A stretch of DNA of 64,000 bases from Octopus vulgaris. Lineage: Eukaryota. The notes under the pieces are model-generated. The model saw nothing but the letters and a program-made list of their open reading frames with translations. It did not search any database and was not told where the DNA came from. The DNA lies in contig OX597818.1 of assembly GCA_951406725.2 (NCBI GenBank), positions 140,554,001 to 140,618,000 on the forward strand, given 5' to 3'. Positions 54,897-64,000 of the stretch are shown here, in pieces (position 1 is the first letter of the stretch; each line of letters begins with the position of its first letter). The translations under genes were made by a program, and so were the position numbers.

Positions 54897-57044
54897 ATTA
54901 TTATTATTGTTGTTTTACTTCTCAGACCTCTCGGTCTTGTTTGCACTTGTTGATTCTCTGAGAGCGGACAGCAGCCGGTTGTCAGTGGTCCCACTGGGTC
55001 TTTTCCGCACATTATAAGCTTTGATACTTGGTGGTTAATTATCGTGGAAGACATTCAAAATCCAAGAACCAGTCTCAAAATCCTAGCTCTGCCCAGCAGA
55101 GCAGTTTATTTTAAGCTTGCTTTGGTCTCATGTCATTTTCCAAAAGAAAAAAGAAACTAAAAATGAAAAAAAGTAAAGAGAAAAGAACAAAACTGTTTTC
55201 TTTCTTTTTGCTTTTGCCAGTTGCAAACTGAACTTTGAAGGCTGATGATGGACGCACTATATCTGACCACCGCAACTGCCAAGATATTCATTGCGGTAAT
55301 CAATTTTTTGGCATTCAGGTTGGATTTCAACACCATCTTCATCCTTTTTTGATTCGCCTCGCTGACCATGATTTTCATTTCTCTATATAGAATGTCATCC
55401 AGCTCCAAAATCCCCAACTATCTATACCCACTACACCCACTTGCCAAGTGGGTCACATTTTCCACACTCTTTCCCCTGAGTCTGCATTTCTGAGTGTCGG
55501 AAGTTTTATATATGTTATACTTCACTGAATTGGTAGCGAGAGCCTGATCATGTGCAACAATACTCAGGCTTTGGGTTCACCCATGGTCTCTCCTGATGGT
55601 AACCACAATCCTCTGCAGGTTGCTTTCTTCCCTCTTTTCATATTACATACTGAGGATTTGGTGATCCCAAATTCCATACCGATTCCCTACCACACTTCTG
55701 TAATTAAGGGATTGATCTGGTTTTCAAATTTCCCAAATTTTCAGGTCATCCATAAACAGAAGATGATTCGATGACGGGTCTTTCTTCCCACATTGGTAAC
55801 CCATCATAACTTTTCTAAGTGTCATTGTTATGGGTATTAGTGCAATTACAAAAAGTAACGGAAAAAACGAGTCACCTTGGAAAATGTCCCTTTTAATATT
55901 AACTTCGCCAAGTAATACATTAATTGAGTACAATTTGGTTTTCCACTCTTCAATGCTATGCATCAGAAAATTAGTGACCAAACATCTGCAAGCATTCAAC
56001 GATCCACGAATCAGGTATCATATCACATGCCTTCTTAAAGTCAATCCAAGCCATAGACATGTTTGTATGATGTTTTTTACAATGCTTCAAAACTGTTTTA
56101 TCGATGACCAGGTGATCCTTGGTAAGCTGAGAAATCTTCTTACATGCTTTTTGTTCCCTTGGTACTATTTTTCCTGTGCCAGGAAAGTGTATGTCCTTGT
56201 CACACATATTCCAGTGAGTATCTTCCAGATTATCTATAGGCATGCTATATTTCCCATAATATTCCCCTTTCTTCTATATTTAATTACAAGTGTTGACCTC
56301 TCCCAGTGACCATCCACGCAGGGACTGTACCTTTCTAGACATATTCATTCAATTGGACTGCTAGTCTTTCATGACAACGTGGCATCTCTTCAGTCAGAAG
56401 CCATTAATCCCATCTGGTCCGGGGGCTTTCCAGTTAGGCACTTTACCCACTTGTTCTTTTACATCACCCGTGCTTATGACAATAGCCCTTTGTTTCTTTA
56501 TTCCTTGTAATTCTGTCTTGATAGTTCCTATTCACATCGCATCTCTTTTATGCAATACATTGTTTCCCCATAATGTGCTCCTGAACTCCTAGTCTTGATT
56601 TGCATCAAGGGCAACATTTTCCCCATTGTCTCCTAACGTTCGTAAGAATTGCTTCGGGTTATTTTTGAACAATCTTTTCTCGAACTGTTTATTTCTGTTC
56701 ACAGATCTTCTGATCTGTTTTTTTTCCATGATCCTCTGTTTTAACTGCTCTATTACTGCATCAAATCCGTTCTTCCGTATTTTATATTTCTTCTCTAATT
56801 TTCTCGGTCGGTCTTTTTCCTATTTTCCCAGTTTCCTATTAACCATTGCTCAGTTTTTCCTAGACCTTGCCTTGCCCGCATTATGTTTCTTTCAATGCGC
56901 CGTTTCCACCATGCGTCTTTTGCTCCACCATTTTTTGTTCTCTTAAGTAGTAATTTCTACTCATCAAGTAGCGCAATAGCTCGGAGAAAATTCCTTGTTT
57001 GTGTAATGTCCTACGTCTTGATGCATGGTATGACAGTATTTGTA

Positions 57045-57230
57045 GCCGTATTTCGTCTGCCGTTACGTTCTGAGTTCAAATTCTGCCGAGGTCGACTTTG
57101 CCTTTCATCCTTTCGGGGTCGATAAATTAAGTACCAGTTACGCACTGGGGTCGATATAATCGACTTAATCCGTTTGTCTGTCTTTGTTTGTCCCGTCTGT
57201 GTTTAGCCCCTCGAGGGTAGTAAAGAAATA
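57045..57230 (+). mobile_element. 5'-truncated SINE family C inserted in the LINE, with a 10-bp TSD
   Basis: agtatttgta at 57035-57044 and 57231-57240. Confidence 0.88.
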
Positions 57231-57254
57231 AGTATTTGTATTTTGTGTTAGTTT

Positions 57255-57499
57255 ATCCTTAACAGTCCCGTCACCACTCTTCTGTTCCTGTTATCTACTC
57301 TTCTCCCTGCTTTCAACTCCTTCTTCTCTATTTTCAACTATCTAGTTGGTTCATTCCCCCTGCATGTCCACGCACCACAATATCAGGCTTCACTGTATAA
57401 CGTTCCTGTTCCTCATCCTTAACAGTCCCGTCACCATTCTCCTGTTCCTGCTATCTACTCTTCTCCCTGCTTTCAACTCCTACCTCTCTATTTTCAACT
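57255..57499. repeat. 85-bp direct repeat within the LINE N-terminal region
   Basis: 57255-57339 matches 57415-57499. Confidence 0.85.
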
Positions 57500-58359
57500 C
57501 GGAACATCCTGTGTAGCCCATCCGCAGGGTCTCTCAGACTTCCACTAATCCGAGATATTTCTACTGCAGTTAAGTAACGCTTCCTCTTAATCACTCTCAC
57601 TTGGTTTATTAGTCTATTTTCTGACATTGGACGCATGTCCTTTTCTAAACAAAATTTCAAGGTACGTCGGCCTACTCTGCGACTTATTTCCGGCTTTGCT
57701 CGTTCATAACATTCAATAAGTGTATCGTATTCTTCCTTTGTCCACTTATGTCTGTTTTGCGCAAACCATGTATGTGATGTGATATGCTGTGACATAACGA
57801 CCGTATGAGGCCAGAACACTGCCCCTGATACGGGCGGTTTCGAACGTCGGAAAACCTTCACCATGATCGGTGATAGCTTCATTCTCGCCGTTAATACTTT
57901 CCTTGTTGTGTTGCTTCATGATTTCATGAGTAGTTCCTTGGGTTCCCACAGGAGTTGTTATTGAGATCATTTCTCTCCCTTCCTCTCTTCATTTGTATAT
58001 ACACGTGCACATGTATGTACATACACATATATATATATATATAAATAGCGTGCTTACATTGTGTCGCCTACATAACCTCAATAAACGTAATTACTACCAC
58101 TGTTCTGCCTATAGCATTTAAAATTATCAATAATAATATGGGTCCCGGTATATTGCAGCCATTCTTCGTCACTATTTATCAAATACTCGGCATGCGTTCT
58201 CCTTTCACTCCTTTTACAATGGTCTATACTATAGACTCTATACTAATCAGTTCTTTGCCAACATTCTATCTTTTGATATAGTCTGTTTACGGTTGCAGTT
58301 AACACTTATTATTATTATAATTATCACCACCATTCTTCTTCTTCTTCTTCTTCTTCTTC

Positions 58360-58442
<83 letters not shown>

Positions 58443-58443
<1 letters not shown>

Positions 58444-58640
58444 TATGTTTGACTTTTGCTTTATATTTGTACAAGTTGGCTCCAAGTCTCACCCAGAGAC
58501 CTCAAGAGACAACAGGGTTGGAAGTTCATGTTGTTGTTATGCCTAGTGTGCCATATATTTGGGGGGTGGGGATGTTGTACTAATGAATGTCTAAAAAAAA
58601 AAAAAGTTTTTTTTTTTTTTTTTTTTTAAACCGAAAATTA
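58443..58640 (-). mobile_element. Isolated R4/Dong-like 3' UTR copy ending in (AAT)n
   Basis: ttgtacaagttggctccaagt.tcaccc..cctcaagagacaaca is shared with 59088-59146. Confidence 0.7.
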
Positions 58641-58822
58641 TGTTTGTTTTAAACCTTGAGATTACATAGACAGGTAGTGAGGAAGTCAACAATGGACATT
58701 CCTGTGCGATAAGGAGGCGAAAGAGGCCTCACACCCTTTGGGACAGCAGAGGTCAAATGTGTTTACTACAACTAGCGATCAATGGAAGTAGTGACTTTGG
58801 CCTTGAAAAGAAGCAATTCACC

Positions 58823-59049
<227 letters not shown>

Positions 59050-59072
59050 TAATAATAGTATTATTATTATTA

Positions 59073-61420
59073 ACTTTTGTTTTGTAATTGTACAAGTTGG
59101 CTCCAAGTATCACCCCTACACCTCAAGAGACAACAAGTTAGAAGTTCCTTTTTCCCTTAAGGTGTCATATTTATGAGTTTGCTTTAAAATTGGAGATTAC
59201 AATTTTAGGTAGGATTGTATCCCTAGATTTTAGGTAGGATATGAGCAATTCCCATGAGCACTACCTTTTGAATTTCTGCCATTTGGGGGTTTCCTGGTAT
59301 TTGAGCTTGGTAGCAATCAGCTCCTTTTGCTATCATTCCTAGGGCACCTATGACAACAGGTAATGTTTTAGTATTGCGGTTCCACATTTTGCTAATTTCT
59401 ATTTCAAGATCTTTATACTAGCTCAGTTTTTGGTAGGTCTTGACAAATGCTTTAATATCGATTGGGATAGTCATATCAATGAGGAAGCATGGTTTTTGTC
59501 TAAAGTCTTTCAATGTAATGTCTGGCCTATACACATCTATCTTTCTGTCAGTTTGAATGGTGAAGTTCCAGAGGAGTGAGATGTAATCATTTTCAAGCAC
59601 TGGAGGTGGTTTGTGTTCCCATCACTTTTTATCATTAGCCGGTCCAGGTTTTTGCAACTTACCCAGTGAATATGTTGTGCTGCTCTATCATGCCTGTTGA
59701 GATAGTCTGTAGGCGCAAGAGGCGTGCACATGTAGACAACTTGATCAATGAGTTTCATTTTATTGTTTACATACACGATATGTTGGGCTACCGCTGTTCT
59801 TTAATATGTTGGCCTGGTAGTTCCTTGTAGGCAGGCATTGATCTTGGGCTGCTATGATTAACCCTTCTGTTACTGATTTGAAGCCAGAAGACACTAACCA
59901 TTGATGGGTAAGTGCTTTGTCAACATTGGCACTATTAGCTCTCATTGGGTATTTGGCATTTAGAAGTTTTTCTTGCAATTTATCAGTAAGAATATTTTAG
60001 GCAGCAGATTTAGCACGGGTTTTCATATGCCTAGATTTTTCTGTGATTGTTTCCAATACCTCTTATTCTGGGATTTGTTATATTTGGAATTCACTTAGAT
60101 ATTCCTTTGCCCGTATGTTACTGACTATGATGTTTCTTGTTTTCATGCTTTAAGGCAACTTTTAACATGCAGCCATCAGAGTTTTTCAGGTTGGTGTTTA
60201 GACCAATTGTGGCAAACTTCATTGTTAATTCCAGCTGTAAAAGTCCACGGCCACCCTCTTTTTCTTGACTGGCAAAATCGTTCTACATCTGCCTAGAGTG
60301 GTGCATTCTATACACTGTCAAATATTTTCGTATTTTTTCCGTCAAGATTACATATTTCAGTAAGTGATCAGTTAATGATATTGAAACTATAAATCATGAC
60401 CAGTATAGCTAACGTATTGACCGCTTCGATCCTGTTTCTTGCATTCAGCTCTGTCTCGAGTATTTCCCTTAACCTGCGATAACATTCTCTTCTGATCCTT
60501 TCCTTCGTCACTGAACGTTTGATTCCGTCCCCTTCAAATACCTATAGGTATGTGTAACTCTCTGCTGGTTCTAATTCCTTTATGACATTGTGCCGCTCAA
60601 GATTAACGTTGGATGTTCTTTAATTTTCAGCCATTCAATCATGATTTGATTTGTTAGATCAAGTAGTTCTGTTAGGTCAATTTCAGCGTGACTTTCTGCA
60701 TTTATTTGATTTTCATCTGCCTTATTGTTTATCGTTGGCTCAGAGAGTATTTCACTTTGCTTATCAGTTGCACCAACTCTTTCAATTATTACTACATTTT
60801 CATCAGCGCTGGGCCGGTGTATAATTATTTCCTAGTTAGCTGCAGCTTCGTTTCTTTTATCCCTTACTGATTATTTAATTCAGATAGTAATTTCTTTTTC
60901 GTAATGTTTCTTCAGACGTTGGCAAGTTTGTTACTATGTAGGGTCTTACTTCAAGGTGTTTCTGTCTCCAGTTTAAGTAGGATAGTACAGTATTAGATTT
61001 ATTTGTGGGGAAATATATGGCATGGTAGAAGGTCGTAAGAACTTTATTACCTTCCCTAGACAATTTTTCATTCTGTTGGAATATTCCCGTTGATGGGTAC
61101 TTCCAGCTCCTGTGCTTCGGGAAGATTTCAACCAGTAGCTTTTTTTTTGTCCGAATCTGGTTCAACATTCGATTACGCGATCCTTGGTGTTCCAGCTGAC
61201 GACCATTTTGGTTTGTATTTTGCTTTATTATCACTGTGGCATAACGAACTTGTACGTTGACATTAGGGATGGATCTGTCTGTTTAGGGTCAACCTTTTGA
61301 GACAACACCGCCTCCGACTTCTCTGCATGTAAACATTGCTCGTAACGTAGCTTCTTAAGGCTAAGAGATGTGTATATTTTTTTGATAGATTTATCTCTGT
61401 GCATAGTTTTTGTCATGTTT
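59073..61420 (-). pseudogene. Decayed R4/Dong-like LINE with RLE domain; RT core apparently deleted
   Basis: N-terminal WRQKHLEVRPY, KEGGRGL, TEGLIIAAQDQCLPTRNY, YLNRHD, RPDITLKD..LIDMTIP..K..YKDLEIEI, PVVIGALG, IQKVVLMG. Confidence 0.88.
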
Positions 61421-62381
61421 TTAAACTTATGAATTATTCACTCTGTCTGTGTTATTTCGAAAAATAAAATTTGTTTTGTTTTGGGGGTATTTTTGCCTAG
61501 TTTGTGATACGTGTTTTCTTATGCGTGTATGTGTGTACTGTAAATTTCACGTATTTGCGTAAACATTAGGATGTATGTATGTTCCTATGTGTATTAAAAT
61601 GTATATATGGATTGTATATACATTCGAGTGTATGCGTAATTACTCAATTTATATACTTACTGTTTTATAATTTGTAAACTTTCTGGTGTTGATTTCGCGT
61701 GTGTTTCGCACATGTTTCACTGAGACATGGTGCATAGCAGAAACTGTTCTTTCTATGGCAGTAAGATTTTGTTTTTATGATTATTTTCGTTACAAGACTG
61801 CTTCCCTCAATTCTTCAACGGTTTCCTTTAACCCATTCCACCGATGTTATTAGATTAGATTTGTTTTTGAATGAAGAACCCGGTGTAGCACATCCATGTT
61901 GTTATTCAACGTGGAGGCCCCCCCTCTCTCTCTCTCTCTAATTCTCTCTCTCTCTCTCTAATCTCTCTCTCTCTCTCTCTCTAATTCTCTCTCTCTCTCT
62001 CTCGCTCTCCGACGTATATTGCTAGGAAAAGAAAATTCCTTGGATCCCAACAAGAATCACAGAGTTTGATTATGTTATTAAGTATGCAATTCTAAAGGCA
62101 TGGAATTAATTATGTATATAGCCCCAAGGTCCATGTAAAATATAATTATTCAATGAAAGCCAAGACTGAATGAGACACCTAAAAATTGCAGACATGCAGG
62201 TGCCGATGTGCAGTGGCATCTGTGTATGTGATGTGAATCAATGTCTAATTATACCGCTGTGCAGCGGGGAGGCCTGTCTTTGATGGGAATCAAGAAATCG
62301 AAGGTAATTCAGACTCTTTTAAGAGGCAAACATCAACGTTATCGTAATCTCTCCTCTCTTTTATCATATATGTCGGTTATA

Positions 62382-62777
62382 TCTTTATATATAAAAGTAA
62401 GGTTGTGTGTCTATCTCCTACGATTTAGATTCCTAACTACTCCCACATTTTGCGGTGCAGTTTAACCAAAACCGGGTATCTTATAGTCGTGATTCATATC
62501 GAGCTCTTCTGGGTATTAGCGCGCGTATACGATAAGTCTACGATTTAAAAAAAAAATTACCATCATTTTTTCCATTTTAATGCTTTTTTCGCTATTCTAT
62601 AAGGGAAGTAACTCTCTAAAAATGTCTACGATGAGTCAACGATTTAAAAAAAAAAATTACCATAATTTTTTTCCCATTTTTAATGCTTTTTTTGCTATTT
62701 TTTGGCTATAACTCTCTAAAAATGCTTATATAGTTATTTCCCTTACAAACCCGAGCAACGCCGGGCGATACTGCTAG
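62382..62777 (+). mobile_element. Non-autonomous Helitron
   Basis: A|TCTTTATATATAAAA start, subterminal hairpin cccgagcaacgccggg at 62750-62765, CTAG|T end, and an internal ~100-bp tandem duplication. Confidence 0.85.
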
Positions 62778-63332
62778 TAGCATATAAAAGATGGAGGTTT
62801 ATAAATCAAGAATCAGCATCAACGAAGTCACGTAAGACGTTTACTATAGCCTTTTTAGTAACAACTTTTACTACACCACCGAGCAAAATTCTCTGCGTTT
62901 AGGAAAGCAGTCCCAATTTAGGAGATATATATGTATGTGTGTGTACATGTGAATGTATGTCGGCGTGTGTATCGGTGTGTGTGGTTTGGTGTATATATAT
63001 ATATGTATTTGTTACATGTTATGTGATTTGGATTTTATTGTGTAACGAAAATACTGTAAATAAAATGGGCATATCTCTAAAACTATTTTCTGCTTGCTGT
63101 AATTATTTGTATGTCAAACGGTTTCGCTTATTTAATTTTCTACATCTTTTAAAATCATTGTCAAGGCATTTATTATCGATGTTGCGTTGTTGTTATGAAA
63201 CGACTCATTCTGCGTATCTCTTTTTCCGTCTCCTTATATTTCGATAAATCTCTATTTGGTTTATCGTCTGTTATGACTGATAATTTCTGTACGAGGCGGG
63301 TCATTATCTGAGGGTCTTCTTTTACAACAACC

Positions 63333-63562
63333 TTACTCTTTTACTCTTTACTCTTTTACTTGTTTCAGTCATTTGACTGCTGCCATGCTGGAGCACCGCC
63401 TTTAATCGAGCAACTCGACCCCGTGACTTATTCTTTTGTAAGCCCAGTACTTATTCTATCGGTCTCCTTTGCCGAACCGCTAAGTAACGGGGACATAAAC
63501 ACACCAGCATCGGTTGTCAAGCAATGCTAGGGGGACAAACACACTCACACAAACACACACAC

Positions 63563-63601
<39 letters not shown>

Positions 63602-63713
63602 TACGACGGGCTTCTTTCAGTTTCCGTCTACCAAATCCACTCACAAGGCTTTGGTCAGCCCAAGGCTATAGCAGAAGACACTTGCCCAAAGTGCCACGCA
63701 ATGGGACTGAACC
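63333..63713 (-). mobile_element. SINE family A, 5'-truncated
   Basis: Colinear with 2323-2708. Confidence 0.92.
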
Positions 63714-64000
63714 TTCTGTCGATTACATTTTAACTCTCGCTATGTCTGACTAGAACATATATACTTTATCATTCTCTGAGACTACATAAGAGTGACACAA
63801 TTTTCAGTGTATGAAAGCATCAAAATTGTCATGGCTCTCGCTGCATTCTCATTTCTCTGAGTTTAGACAATATGAGATACCACGGTTATTTGCTTTTGCT
63901 CAATATCCTTAAGATATACAGTAAATTAACATATTCTGTTTCATCACATGCTTTTGGTAATATTTTTGTATGTGGGAAAAATTAGATAATATTCCCTAGT

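Larger units (their letters stand above)
54905..57990 (-). pseudogene. Decayed R4/Dong-like LINE with an internal deletion
   Basis: N-terminal RHKWTKEE.., RT motifs WIDFKKACD, IFQGDSFFPLLF, HLLFMDDLK, GMEFG and LGILE; C-terminal ALLGRARILRLVL*. CCHC/RLE part missing; (AAT)n tail. Confidence 0.9.

Overview
This is AT-rich eukaryotic non-coding DNA, intronic or intergenic, made almost entirely of microsatellites and transposon remnants. The repeat families look like those of Octopus/cephalopod genomes; that is my recognition, not a database result. No confident host gene, rRNA, true tRNA or CRISPR array is visible, and most listed ORFs are translations of (TA)n, (CA)n, (GATA)n, (ATT)n or (GAA)n repeats. 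Recognisable content: about four tRNA-derived SINE families, three decayed R4/Dong-like LINEs, RTE and CR1/L2-like LINE remnants, a mariner transposase pseudogene, a non-autonomous Helitron, and Penelope-like element (PLE) RT and GIY-YIG remnants. The most interesting signal is a set of short non-coding elements carrying minimal hammerhead-ribozyme cores (CTGATGA-stem-GAAAC-palindrome-GTH). Three are fold-back inverted repeats, and one of these also has a tRNA-like Pol III head, suggesting a ribozyme-bearing SINE possibly mobilised by PLEs. Coordinates were read by eye, so element edges are approximate.
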